DNA of 64,000 bases. Origin: Candidatus Hydrogenedentota bacterium (GTDB lineage Bacteria; Hydrogenedentota; Hydrogenedentia; Hydrogenedentales; SLHB01). Positions 48,374-58,433 of the stretch are shown one piece after another (position 1 is the stretch's first letter; every line of letters starts with the position of its first letter). The notes under the pieces were generated by a model. The model saw only the letters and a program-made list of their open reading frames with translations, had not been told where the DNA came from and did no database searches. The stretch covers positions 32,001 to 96,000 of the forward strand of contig CAXXYE010000004.1 of NCBI GenBank assembly GCA_963674865.2, read 5' to 3'. The position numbers and the translations under genes were made by a program.

Positions 48374-48952
48374 TCAGCAGCGATAGACTTTGGCTTCCGT
48401 CACGACCATATCCACTGGAACATCATGGACTTCGACGGGGGGCTTTTCGACGATTTGCAGATCGTACGCTAATCCGATCTTTGTGCCTGGAAAGCCGGCC
48501 ATGAAGCGGTCGAAATAGCCCCCGCCATAGCCGATTCGGTATCCATCCGGCGCAAAGGCAACGCCAGGTACGAGTACAACGTCACCTGCCGTCGGCGAGG
48601 TCGGCCGCTTGAACTCCGGTGCCGGCTCAAGAATTCCGAACCGCGCCGGGCGGAGTTCCGACAGGGCGTCAAGTCGCGACCATGTCATATGCCCGCCGGG
48701 CTCCGCGATGGGCACTAGCACGTCCTTCCCTTCGGGCAGCAAGGACTCGATAAGCGGCCTTGTGTCTACCTCATTGTCCTTCGACGCGACATACGTGAGA
48801 ACGCGTGTTGCCTGTTGAAACGCTTCGAGCGAATGCAGGCGTTTGACAATGGCCATACTCTTATCCCTGACTTCCGCCAAGGCCATGGCACGGCGTGTCT
48901 CCAGCATCTGCTTCCTAAGTGCCTGTTTGTCGAGCATATGCCTTTCCCGCAT
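48374..48952 (-). CDS. ygfA: 5-formyltetrahydrofolate cyclo-ligase
   Basis: KQALRK, NEVDT, FGILEP, VPGVAF, RIGYGGGYFDRF, HDVPVD. Confidence 0.95.
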   Translation of the reverse strand: MRERHMLDKQALRKQMLETRRAMALAEVRDKSMAIVKRLHSLEAFQQATRVLTYVASKDNEVDTRPLIESLLPEGKDVLVPIAEPGGHMTWSRLDALSELRPARFGILEPAPEFKRPTSPTAGDVVLVPGVAFAPDGYRIGYGGGYFDRFMAGFPGTKIGLAYDLQIVEKPPVEVHDVPVDMVVTEAKVYRC

Positions 48953-48975
48953 GGCAATGTGATTCAGTTGCGCGG

Positions 48976-49004
48976 ATTATGGGCCAGTCCCGTAGGAACG
49001 TCAA
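48976..49004 (-). promoter_or_regulatory. sigma70 promoter of the cyclo-ligase gene
   Basis: TTGACG-N17-CATAAT. Confidence 0.7.
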
Positions 49005-49085
49005 CACATCGGCGCCCTTCTTAAGGGCTAGAGCAGGCCCATCGCGTTCTAGGAAAGGGTAATGGGCCGTGGCGAATTCAGCGGC

Positions 49086-51374
49086 TTATGCCGTGTCAAC
49101 GACCTTCCGGATGGCTCGGGCAAGGTCGGCGCCGATGATGGGCTTCATTACGTGGTGCTGAATCTCGCCTTGGTTGGCCGCCGTTTCCCGCATAGTCTCC
49201 GCGAACCCGCTGCACAGGATCACCGGAATATCGCGGCGGATCTCGTGGAGCCTTCGGCTCAACTCCGTTCCCTTCATCTGCGGCATCATCTGATCGGTCA
49301 CGACCACGTCAAAAGCGTCGGGGCTCTCGGAGAAGAGCGCCACCGCGTTGGGGCTGCTGGTTTGAACAGTTACCTTGTATCCCAGTCGCTCGAGTGCGGC
49401 CTTAGCGAACTCGCCTATGGGTTCTTCGTCGTCCACCAGCAGCACCCGCTCCGTGCCCCGCAGTTTGGCCAAGGGCACCTCTGCTTCGGCAGAGAGGCTT
49501 TCACCGGGCATACACGGGAGCAAGACCGTGAATGTCGAGCCCTCCCCCGGATGGCTGTATACGTGAATGGCGCCTTGGAGGTCCGTCACAATGCCGTGGA
49601 TGGTTGACAGTCCGAGCCCGGTGCCCTCGCCTCGCTCCTTCGTGGTGAAATACGGTTCAAAGATGCGGGCCTTCGTCACCTCGTCCATCCCGTGCCCGGT
49701 GTCATGGACCTCAAGTCGCACGTACTCGCCCGGGGATAGACTGGGATCCCGTTCGACTTCGCTCTCGCTTATCTCGACTTGGGCGAGTCGCACTGCCAGC
49801 AAGCCGCCTTTCTCCTGCATGGCGTGATTGGCGTTTGTGCAGAGGTTCATTAGGATCTGGTGGAGTCCCGTCGGGTCGGCAAGCACCGGCGCGCAGGTGC
49901 TGTCGATGTCCTCCTTGATCTCGATGGTTGCGGGAATCGACCCGCGTAGCAGCTTCAGCGCTTCTTTCACGACGGATTGAACTCGAACTGGTTGCGTCTC
50001 GCGTTCACTCTGGCGGCTGAAGGCGAGAATCTGGGCGACTAGATCCCTCGCACGCCGCCCCGCTGTAGCCACCTGGGAGAGGCTCGACCTCACCTCGCTA
50101 TCCTCGGGGAGGTCGTCCATGGCGATATCCGTATAGCCCATGATCGCGCTCAGGATGTTGTTGAAGTCGTGTGCGATCCCGCCCGCCAATGTACCGATGG
50201 CCTCGAGTTTCTGAGCTTGTTGAAGCCGGTGTTCCAGTGCGATCTGTTCCGTGATATCACGGGCGACGGCCACGAAATTGACGATATGTCCCGCGTTGTC
50301 GCGCACGGGGGACGCGGTCACTTCCTGGGTGCAAAGCATGCCGTCGGGCCGCTTGAACTGCAGCCTGCCGGACCACGACTTTCCCGATGCGACGGTTTCC
50401 CATAGCTGCCGGAGCGCCGCTTCCCCGTCCTGCCCGCCGAGAATCGTCCGCATGTCGACGTCTAGCGCCTCCGAGCGGGATAGCCCGGACAGTTGTTCCC
50501 ATGCCGGATTAGCGTATCGCGCCACGCCCGAAGCGTCGGTGATTACAATAGCCTCCGCCGCTTGGTCGATGGCCGCGGCGAGTTGCCGCCGCTCGTCCTC
50601 TACCCGCTTGCGCTCCGAGATATCTTCGACGATTGCCGCGAGATACTGCTCATGGGTAGTGGCTACGCGCACCAGCGACAGCGTAGCTCTACAGAACAAG
50701 CGCTGGCCGCGCTTTCGCAGGTATTGCTTTTCGCCCGACACCCATTCCACCTCCCCCTGGGCGAGTCGCTGTCTGTCGGCCTCGTCCGACTGGTGGAATT
50801 CCTTGCAGGTGACATCGGCGGTCGCCCGCCCGAGCAGCTCTTCCTCGCTGTATCCCAGCATGTCGCAGAAGCGGTGATTCACCCGTAGGAACGTGCCGTC
50901 AAGCGAAATGTGAGCCATGCCGACCGCGGCCTGCTCGAAGCTGCTGCGGAATCCCGCTTGGCTTTCCGCGAGCATGTGGCGTGTGCGCAGATGGGCCCGC
51001 ATCCGAACACGAATCTCCTCAAACTGGAATGGCTTGGTGATGTAGTCCGCTCCCCCGCAGTCGTAGGCGGCGACTTTGTTAAATGTCTCCCCCAAGGCAC
51101 TGACGAAGATAACGGGGATATCACGTAATCGTGTGTCCGCCTTCACACGGCGGCACACCTCGTAGCCGTCCATGCCGGGCATGTGGATGTCGAGAAGGAT
51201 CATGTCGGGCGGGGATGCCTCGACGCTTCGCAGGGCTTCGTGGCCGCTGCGTGCCACGCGGATGGTACACCCCTGTTTCGTCAGCATCTCCCGTAACACG
51301 CGCAGGTTCTCGGGATTATCGTCTACGACGAGCACCACTGCGCTGTTCAGATCTCGTTCGCGGGCATCACTCAT
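49086..51374 (-). CDS. Hybrid histidine kinase REC-PAS-PAS-HisKA-HATPase-REC
   Basis: LLDIHMP, two PAS/PAC, GIAHDFNNIL, NLCTNA, GTGLGL, VTDQMMP. Confidence 0.93.
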   Translation of the reverse strand: MSDARERDLNSAVVLVVDDNPENLRVLREMLTKQGCTIRVARSGHEALRSVEASPPDMILLDIHMPGMDGYEVCRRVKADTRLRDIPVIFVSALGETFNKVAAYDCGGADYITKPFQFEEIRVRMRAHLRTRHMLAESQAGFRSSFEQAAVGMAHISLDGTFLRVNHRFCDMLGYSEEELLGRATADVTCKEFHQSDEADRQRLAQGEVEWVSGEKQYLRKRGQRLFCRATLSLVRVATTHEQYLAAIVEDISERKRVEDERRQLAAAIDQAAEAIVITDASGVARYANPAWEQLSGLSRSEALDVDMRTILGGQDGEAALRQLWETVASGKSWSGRLQFKRPDGMLCTQEVTASPVRDNAGHIVNFVAVARDITEQIALEHRLQQAQKLEAIGTLAGGIAHDFNNILSAIMGYTDIAMDDLPEDSEVRSSLSQVATAGRRARDLVAQILAFSRQSERETQPVRVQSVVKEALKLLRGSIPATIEIKEDIDSTCAPVLADPTGLHQILMNLCTNANHAMQEKGGLLAVRLAQVEISESEVERDPSLSPGEYVRLEVHDTGHGMDEVTKARIFEPYFTTKERGEGTGLGLSTIHGIVTDLQGAIHVYSHPGEGSTFTVLLPCMPGESLSAEAEVPLAKLRGTERVLLVDDEEPIGEFAKAALERLGYKVTVQTSSPNAVALFSESPDAFDVVVTDQMMPQMKGTELSRRLHEIRRDIPVILCSGFAETMRETAANQGEIQHHVMKPIIGADLARAIRKVVDTA

Positions 51375-54300
51375 ACTTCGTCTCCCCCTGTGTCGAGAAG
51401 CTCCTCGATTTCATGCAAGGCGAATTCGCGGGCGCACCTTTCTATGAGGGCGGCCAATTCAGGTGCGCGGTCACGCACCTCGCCGGCGATGCTGCAAGCG
51501 TTGTCGATGCTTCCCGTTACGACGGCGTGCCGCAGTCGCTTGCGGACGTCTGCGGGGAATACCTCCAGAGCCTGCGCCGCCAATTTCAGCGACGTGTCCG
51601 TGGGGCCCTCGGTAGGGGCCGTACGCCCTTCTTCATAGTCAAAGGCGACATCCGCGTGGCGTCGGATCAGTTCGAACAACTCATTATCGCGGAAGGGTTT
51701 CCTCAGGAGGGCGTCGGCGCCCTCGGAGAGTGCCTTCCCTTGGCCTTCCTCGAGCGCACTCGCCGTCACGGCAATGATGGTAGCTTTCTGTCCCTCGGGC
51801 GAGAGGCGCATCTTCCGTATGGCTTCCCAGCCATTCATCACGGGCATGACCAGGTCGATCAAGACAATGGCGGGATGCCAATCGTTGAACGCGGATAGCC
51901 CTTCAGCGCCGTTCTCCGCCTCGCGTGTTACGAATCCCACTTTTTCCAGTAGCCTGCACAGCAGGTCCCTATTCGTTGCGCGGTCATCGACTATGAGGAC
52001 TCGTATTTCCTTCTGGCCCGGACTCACGTGCTTCACATAACGTTCGGGGGCTCGGGACTTCGCGTCTGTTTCGGCGCCGGCCTCGGCGAGCATGGTGAAG
52101 AGGAACCGGCTGCCTACGCCCAGTTCACTTGTCACCGTGATGTCGCCTCCCATCATCCGCGCGAAACTTCGGCTGATCGAGAGCCCCAGCCCCGTGCCCC
52201 CTCGTCGCAAAGCGGCCGACCCCGCCTGCTCAAAACTCTCGAAGATCGAGTCCAGTTCCTCAGGCTGAATGCCGTATCCCGTATCGGCAACTTCGATGGC
52301 CAACGCGCATCCCGTTTGCGATGCGTTGGGATCCAGTCCCACCTGTACAGATATTCGCCCGTGGTCGGTGAACTTCACGGCATTACCCAGGAGGTTGACG
52401 AGGACTTGACGGACGCGTCCTTCGTCGGCGCGAATAAACGTGGGCACGGACTCTTCCACTTCCGTGGTCAGTTCGAGGCCCTTGGTGTTCGTTCTTACTC
52501 TAAACATGACCTCCATGTCCGACAGAAGCCCCCGCATGTTGAAGGTGGCTGGGCGCAGTTGGACGCGACCGGCCTCTATTCTCGACATCTCGAGCACGTC
52601 GTTGATAAGCGCCAGGAGATGATCCCCGCTCCGTGCAATTGCATCGAGAGCGTGCTGCTGATCGGGCGAGAGGTCCGCATAGCGTTGGAGAAGCTGCGTG
52701 TAGCCAAGAATGGCGTTCATCGGCGTCCGGATCTCGTGCGACATGTTTGCCAGGAAGGCGCTCTTCGCCAGATTCGCCGCTTCGGCAGCCTGTTTGGCTT
52801 CTCTCAGCGCGGCTTGGGCGTTTCGCCAATCCGTCACATCATGTGTGACTACCACCGCGTGGGTGATATCTCCGTTGGCGTCGGCGTAAGGATACATGGT
52901 TACTTCGCAATGGCGTTCGCCTCGGTTTGGCAGTTGAACGACCGACTCCTGTGTGACAAGGTCTCCTGACAGACACCTGCGAAGATTCGGCCATATGTTA
53001 TCTCCCGCGACCTCCGCCGGCCACACCTCTGAAAGCCGTTTGCCTACCACGGCTTCACGGGCCATGCCCATGGCCGAGCACCACGCTGTGTTGATCGCCT
53101 CATAGCATCCCTCAGCGCTCAACACACTCATCATGTCGCCCACCGTGTTTACGATGAACTCGTACCGGAAAAGCACCTCCTCGGCACGTTTGCGAGCCGT
53201 CATGTCCGCGCCCACGCATAGGACCTCTTTCAGACTTCCCTCCTCGTCGTACAGTGGGCAATTCGTCCACGCCACCCACACGTGGTCCCCCGACTTCGTC
53301 ATGTTCTCGTTCTCGTTGACCTCGTACTTGTCCGGATAGGAAGCGAGGTCGGCCATCAACGCGCGCAGGCTGAGGCCCTTCGCATCGGCCTCCGGAACGA
53401 TGGTGCCTACGACGTTTCTCCCGACAAGCTCCTCCGGTGTGTAACCGAAGAAGCGCTCGGCAAACGCGTTGATGAACACCACGGTTCCTTCGGGTGTCAT
53501 ACGCAAGATGACGCTATTGGCGCTCTCAACCAGTGTGCGGTAGTCTTCCTCGCTGCGCCGGCGTGCTTCCTCGGCGTGCTTCCGAACGCGAATCTCTTTC
53601 CTAAGGCGGCGGTTGTGAAGCCCCAGCAATCCTAGGAAGAGAAGCGCCACCGCCACTACTCCGGCCACAACTCGCACTATCCGGCCCACGTCGATGCCCG
53701 GCTCGACGGATACGCCAACCCACTTCTTCCGAATGGTGTTGGCCTCCTCCTCGGTAATGCTCGCGAGGCCCTTGTTGAGAATGACCACCAGCTCTGGCCA
53801 ATCACTGCGAACCGCAAAGTGCAGGTGGCTCACGTTCCGATCTGCCGGCACCGTAATGCGCAGATCCGTAAGCCCGAGTTTGCGGATCCAGTAGCTTACC
53901 GTAGCCACATTCCCTACGGCCGCATCGGCTTTCCCCCGGGAAACCGCCATGAGGGTCGTCTCTACCGAGTCGAAGAGCAGGGGCGCGATGTGAGCCTGTT
54001 CCACCAGGAAACCATGGTGCGACGTGTCCGCCTGCACCGCGACCCGCAGTCCAGACAGGTCGTCGATCGTGGAAACCAGCGGCCCATCCCTCTTCGTCAC
54101 GATCACGCGATAGAAAGATAAGTAGGGCCTGGTAAAAAGGAAGAGTTTTCGACGTTGTTGGGTGATGCCCACACACGGCAGCACATCCAGATCGCGCGTC
54201 GATGCCAGGTCGAAGGCTTCCAACCACGACGTCTTGTGGACCACCTTCATATTGAGCCCGAGCCGCTGATTCAGGAGCCGGACATAGTCTGAAGCCATCC

Positions 54301-55315
54301 CTTCGTATGAGCCGTCTTCGGCAACGAATTCAAACGGCGCAAACTCGGGATCCACACCCAGCCGGATAGCGGGATGCGCTCTGATCCACGCCCATTCTTC
54401 GTCGGACAGATTCACCCAATGGGGCACAACGGTATAGCGTGCGATGATGTCGCGCTTTTCGGCCGCGCCCAGGGCGTCGATGGCCCGGTTCAGAATGGCT
54501 ACGAGAGGGCCGAAGTCTTTGCGCACGCCAATGGATAGCTTGAGTGAGGCTACTTCCGGGCACCAGATAGACTTGAGGCCCATGATCACGTTCCGGTCGA
54601 TAAGATACGACGACACGGCCGTATTGCCGATGTACGCGTCGGCCTCCCCGTCCGATACCTTGAGCAACGCCTGTAGCGAGCTATCTACAGGAACCAGCTT
54701 GATCTCGGGGCAGTCCTTCTCCAGGACTTCGTGCGTCCAGTAGTCCTTCTCCACAACGACGACCCTGTCCTTCAAATCGTCCAGGCTTGTGATCTGGTTC
54801 TCGCCTTCACGGACATAGATGGCGTGGGGGAAGTCGAGCAGTGGCTTCGTGAAGAGCAGGCTTCGTTTCCGTTGCGGCGTGGTCGCTAGGCCGGGACAGA
54901 CGTCGAGCTCGCCGGCCTTCAGCATGTCGAACAGCTCCGTCCACTTTCCCGTGACGATCTCGATCTCGAAACCGACGTGTTCGCCCAATAGCCGTAAGAG
55001 GTCAGCGCTGATCCCCTTGTAGACACCGTCGGCGTCCACGTACTCGAAGGGCGGCCAGTCCGACGTCGCAGCAACGCGGAGGATGGGATGGGCGGCGAGC
55101 CAGGATTTCTCTTCAGCGCTGAGCACGAGGGGCGCGCGGGCCCCCGCAGGCTGGCCTGAACCGGCTGAGGCGCCCTCCGCATGGGCCGCCGAAAGGGAAT
55201 CCGCGGAGGATGCGAGAGGATACAGCGACCCCGCAACCAGTAAGGTTAACAACCGGAGTAGGAAATGCCTACACGTCATACAGGACGCCCCCAGCCGGTG
55301 CACAGCCCGCTTCAT
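51371..55315 (-). CDS. BvgS-like hybrid sensor kinase (2 x SBP family 3, TM, 2 x PAS, HK, REC)
   Basis: DWPPFEY and EFAPFEF Venus-flytrap domains, MSHEIRTPMNAI, NAVKFT, GTGLGL, LIDLVMP. Confidence 0.93.
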   Translation of the reverse strand: MKRAVHRLGASCMTCRHFLLRLLTLLVAGSLYPLASSADSLSAAHAEGASAGSGQPAGARAPLVLSAEEKSWLAAHPILRVAATSDWPPFEYVDADGVYKGISADLLRLLGEHVGFEIEIVTGKWTELFDMLKAGELDVCPGLATTPQRKRSLLFTKPLLDFPHAIYVREGENQITSLDDLKDRVVVVEKDYWTHEVLEKDCPEIKLVPVDSSLQALLKVSDGEADAYIGNTAVSSYLIDRNVIMGLKSIWCPEVASLKLSIGVRKDFGPLVAILNRAIDALGAAEKRDIIARYTVVPHWVNLSDEEWAWIRAHPAIRLGVDPEFAPFEFVAEDGSYEGMASDYVRLLNQRLGLNMKVVHKTSWLEAFDLASTRDLDVLPCVGITQQRRKLFLFTRPYLSFYRVIVTKRDGPLVSTIDDLSGLRVAVQADTSHHGFLVEQAHIAPLLFDSVETTLMAVSRGKADAAVGNVATVSYWIRKLGLTDLRITVPADRNVSHLHFAVRSDWPELVVILNKGLASITEEEANTIRKKWVGVSVEPGIDVGRIVRVVAGVVAVALLFLGLLGLHNRRLRKEIRVRKHAEEARRRSEEDYRTLVESANSVILRMTPEGTVVFINAFAERFFGYTPEELVGRNVVGTIVPEADAKGLSLRALMADLASYPDKYEVNENENMTKSGDHVWVAWTNCPLYDEEGSLKEVLCVGADMTARKRAEEVLFRYEFIVNTVGDMMSVLSAEGCYEAINTAWCSAMGMAREAVVGKRLSEVWPAEVAGDNIWPNLRRCLSGDLVTQESVVQLPNRGERHCEVTMYPYADANGDITHAVVVTHDVTDWRNAQAALREAKQAAEAANLAKSAFLANMSHEIRTPMNAILGYTQLLQRYADLSPDQQHALDAIARSGDHLLALINDVLEMSRIEAGRVQLRPATFNMRGLLSDMEVMFRVRTNTKGLELTTEVEESVPTFIRADEGRVRQVLVNLLGNAVKFTDHGRISVQVGLDPNASQTGCALAIEVADTGYGIQPEELDSIFESFEQAGSAALRRGGTGLGLSISRSFARMMGGDITVTSELGVGSRFLFTMLAEAGAETDAKSRAPERYVKHVSPGQKEIRVLIVDDRATNRDLLCRLLEKVGFVTREAENGAEGLSAFNDWHPAIVLIDLVMPVMNGWEAIRKMRLSPEGQKATIIAVTASALEEGQGKALSEGADALLRKPFRDNELFELIRRHADVAFDYEEGRTAPTEGPTDTSLKLAAQALEVFPADVRKRLRHAVVTGSIDNACSIAGEVRDRAPELAALIERCAREFALHEIEELLDTGGDEV

Positions 55316-55587
55316 CGCGCTACTAATGTGCTCACGTTTGCTTTAGTCTAGCAGATAAGTTACGAACACGAAAGGGCAAATCTACCTTTATACGCGGGGT
55401 CCATCAGGTTTTCGGCCTCACGCCGGAGAAAGGAGCGCGGCGATTCGTCGCGAGCATTCGTGATCTTCTTGTCGTGGGCCAGTCATAGATAGAATGGAAA
55501 GGTACTTGGTGGTGTATAATAGATTGGGGAGGGGGAAAGCGCCGCGCCTTCTAGGAATTCGGCGCGAACAATGCAAAGGAGAGGCTG

Positions 55588-56562
55588 ATGAGCGCATCGA
55601 CATTTCCCTTGAGAGTCGCCAGTGTGGCGCTGCTCGTCGTTGCCGCGCACGCTCTAGTCGTTGGCGTTGCCCAGGCGGACTGTGGATCGGTTCCCTTCTC
55701 TGCCCCCTTTGAGGGGCTCGGTACGTTGAGCGTGCAGAGTCTTATGCCCGGGCAGGCGAACGTCAAGCTCGACCCGCTCAACGTTGTCGTCTACGAGCCG
55801 GGCCAGCGGGCGATCATCCTCTGGAATGGAAAAGAAGAGATCTTGCTTCTTTCCACGGAACTGAAGACCTCCGATCCGGTGAATATCCTTGAGGTGATCC
55901 CATTGCCCGCGAAGCCCACGGTGCGCCTTGGCGAGTTCGAGACGTTCGAGAAAATGCAGAAGCTCCTCGTGGATAAGACTATGTGGAAGGTTGCTTCGGG
56001 CGGCGGCGTGCCCGGCGTGAACGCTCCGGCGTCGGCAGTCCGTATTGAGTTTCATGAGTTGATGGGTGCCCACGACCTTACGGTCGCTCAGGTGCTTAAC
56101 CGCGATGGGTTCGTTGAGTGGGTGAAGGAGTTTCTCGAGGCGCGTGGTGCGGAGGAGCCGGAGGTCCGGCCCGAGTTCGCGGCTATCGTGGCCAATTACC
56201 TCGACAGAGGCTTTCGATGGTTTGCTTTCGACGTCATTCGGGCCTCTGACGAAGTGCAAAGCCGCCAGCCCATCGAGTATCGTTTTGAGAGCGACGCAGT
56301 GTTCTACCCGCTTGAGATTTCCTCGTTGGAAACCGGCAAGACGAATATTGACCTTCTCGTGGTGACGCGGGAGGAACTCGACGAGTATCCCGTCGTGCGG
56401 GCCTCACTGAAACGCAATGCCCCATTCTCGGCGGCTTCGGAAGAAATCCGTCCCATCTCGGCGGAGTGGGCTGTGTTCATGGGGCCGGGAGAGCTTCGTT
56501 TGCAGGAGTTCCGGATCAAGGGCAGGCTCCACAAGATGAAGACGGACTTCGTCGCCAAGTAA
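55588..56562 (+). CDS. Exported protein, DUF2330-like
   Basis: Signal peptide AQADCG, QRAIILWNGKEE, IPLPAKP, FYPLEISS; AAGGAG RBS. Confidence 0.65.
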   Translation: MSASTFPLRVASVALLVVAAHALVVGVAQADCGSVPFSAPFEGLGTLSVQSLMPGQANVKLDPLNVVVYEPGQRAIILWNGKEEILLLSTELKTSDPVNILEVIPLPAKPTVRLGEFETFEKMQKLLVDKTMWKVASGGGVPGVNAPASAVRIEFHELMGAHDLTVAQVLNRDGFVEWVKEFLEARGAEEPEVRPEFAAIVANYLDRGFRWFAFDVIRASDEVQSRQPIEYRFESDAVFYPLEISSLETGKTNIDLLVVTREELDEYPVVRASLKRNAPFSAASEEIRPISAEWAVFMGPGELRLQEFRIKGRLHKMKTDFVAK

Positions 56563-56650
56563 AGCCAAAGCTTTTCTCATAAGGCTGCGGGCGGCCGCAT
56601 CGGTTCAGCCCCATGTCTTGGGTGGCGGTATGGAAGCGCGTGAGCGAGAA

Positions 56651-57490
56651 ATGCCCGACACCATGCGGATTAACCGGCGTGCCGTGCGGCACGAGCGGCT
56701 GAGAAGGCGCGTTAAGCACCATTGGCGTCGCGTTCTCTACGGGCAGGCGGCGGCGTATGCGGTTGTGCTTGTCCTTTGGGCCCTGCCCCTCCCTAATCCC
56801 GTCAAGTTGCTCGCCGTGACGTTTCACGAGCTTTCTCATGCTTTGGCGGGACTTCTCACCGGCGGGCGTGTGTTTGGCTTTGCGATCGCGCCGCGTGGCT
56901 CAGGCGTAACCTTGGGCCTCGGGGGCAATATGTTCCTTATCCTGATCGCCGGCTACATCGGTAGTTGTCTTTGGGGTGTCTTTCTCTACTACCTGACCAC
57001 GAAATGGAAGCCCATCGCCTGCTTGCTTGCGCTGGAACTCGTCGTGATCGGCTCATCGCTTTTCGGTTGGTTGAACGCCTACACGATGTTTTTCGGCACG
57101 GGGGCGCTGATCATCATGACCGGCCTCCTGTTTGCCCCCGATACGGCCAAGATCTTCTTTGTCCGTATGGTGGGCTCCGCGTGCTGTCTGTATGCGCCCT
57201 TCGACATCATCGGGGAGGTCTTCAAGCGTAGCGGCGCACCGAACGTCATGGGAGTGGAGACGCAGAGCGATGTGACGCAACTTGCGGCGCTCACGGGTGT
57301 TCATCCCGTCCCTATTGCGCTGGCGATACTCATCGTTCAGGCGGGCATCTTGATTTGGCTCATACGCCTCACATGCTCCGGCGGGGCCAAGCAGGCGGTT
57401 ACCAGAGAAATCGCCGACGGGAAGGCGAGGCGCCGACTCTGGCGTGACATCCACCCCGAGCAGAAGCGCTACGTTATACGTTGTCGATAG
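56651..57490 (+). CDS. M50 family (M50B) intramembrane metallopeptidase
   Basis: FHELSH zinc motif, AGYIG, SDV, several TM segments; start uncertain. Confidence 0.85.
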   Translation: MPDTMRINRRAVRHERLRRRVKHHWRRVLYGQAAAYAVVLVLWALPLPNPVKLLAVTFHELSHALAGLLTGGRVFGFAIAPRGSGVTLGLGGNMFLILIAGYIGSCLWGVFLYYLTTKWKPIACLLALELVVIGSSLFGWLNAYTMFFGTGALIIMTGLLFAPDTAKIFFVRMVGSACCLYAPFDIIGEVFKRSGAPNVMGVETQSDVTQLAALTGVHPVPIALAILIVQAGILIWLIRLTCSGGAKQAVTREIADGKARRRLWRDIHPEQKRYVIRCR

Positions 57491-57525
57491 CGGATGAGTT
57501 CCCTGCGTCCGGGGGAAACAGGGGC

Positions 57526-57666
57526 TCACTCCTCAGCGGACTCGGTTTGCACGCAGGGGTGCTTCTTCTCGTCCCCATGACACGCTGCTATCTGTTCCGG
57601 CGTACATTCCTTTGGCGTGGTCTTCAGGGCTTCGACATTTCGGCAGCACTTGGATTTGTCGCACAT
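57526..57666 (-). CDS. Unannotated 46-aa Cys/His-rich peptide (metallothionein-like candidate)
   Basis: AAGGAG RBS, then MCDKSKCCRNVEALKTTPKECTPEQIAACHGDEKKHPCVQTESAEE*; absent from the ORF track because it is under 60 aa. Confidence 0.75.
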   Translation of the reverse strand: MCDKSKCCRNVEALKTTPKECTPEQIAACHGDEKKHPCVQTESAEE

Positions 57667-58013
57667 TGCTCTCTCTCCTTTGAGCAGGCTTGCTCTTGTC
57701 TTCTGGTCGCAGCGCTCGGCTTTAACATATTGTCAAAACAAGACTTCCAATCGGAAAGCGTCTGTGTGTCTATGCGGTAGTGTACGTAGTAGCCGCGCCG
57801 CTCTGGAATGACGACGCCAGCCTCTCGAAGTACGCGGAGGTGCTGTGACACGGCGGCGGGGGTGATAGCGAGTGTGCGCGATAAAGCATTGACGCACAAT
57901 GCCTTGGCACTCAGGAGTTGAAGGATCCTGACGCGCGTCTCAACGGACAGCACCTTCGATACGGCCGCCAAGCGTTTCGCGTCATTTTCTATTGCTGATA
58001 ATTGATTAAGCAT
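57624..58013 (-). CDS. ArsR/SmtB family transcriptional regulator
   Basis: TRVRILQLL, LCVNAL, AVSQHLRVLREAG, RRGYYVHY; start moved to ATG 58013 because TTG 58052 lies in the -35 box. Confidence 0.9.
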   Translation of the reverse strand: MLNQLSAIENDAKRLAAVSKVLSVETRVRILQLLSAKALCVNALSRTLAITPAAVSQHLRVLREAGVVIPERRGYYVHYRIDTQTLSDWKSCFDNMLKPSAATRRQEQACSKEREQCATNPSAAEMSKP

Positions 58014-58023
58014 CTGCGCATAT

Positions 58024-58052
58024 ACTTTATCAGTCTTTCTCGCCGGTGTCAA
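58024..58052 (-). promoter_or_regulatory. sigma70 promoter of arsR with adjacent imperfect operator
   Basis: TTGACA-N17-TAAAGT; imperfect inverted repeat ATATGCGCA-GA-TGCTTAAT over the TSS and start codon. Confidence 0.7.
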
Positions 58053-58225
58053 GTTGGTTGGGCCTCACGTGCCTATAACCGTGTGTCAATGGCAGGCAAC
58101 ATGCAGAATCTTCCTTGTTTTTCGGCAAGATTTGCTGGACTTGTCTCGAGTTTGTTTTCTGGGTGGCATGCTGTAAGTTACTTTTCCTCAATAACTAATG
58201 AGCCTCTTGTGCTCTTGTCGCGCCT

Positions 58226-58241
58226 TGGCACACGCCTTGCT
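58226..58241 (+). promoter_or_regulatory. sigma54 (-24/-12) promoter of the flgF operon
   Basis: TGGCAC-N5-TTGCT, matching the consensus. Confidence 0.88.
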
Positions 58242-58433
58242 CAACCACTGTTGGACCTGCCCTCTGAGTCGCAGGTCTGTCCTCGTGAGTGGTTGGCCCG
58301 GACGAGGGAACGGTCCCCATTGCCGTTCCCGGCCGTCGCGAAGCTACGTTCCGGTGCCAACCTGGAAACAGCGCCCGGGGAGTTACCTTGGGCGATTTGA
58401 TATACGCGGTTGAAACGAGTAGGGAGTGGGGCG

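Noticed and set aside
48953..49085. 6S RNA upstream of ygfA (common synteny)
   Set aside because: Only 133 nt are available and they contain the gene's own sigma70 promoter; no long 6S-like rod is visible
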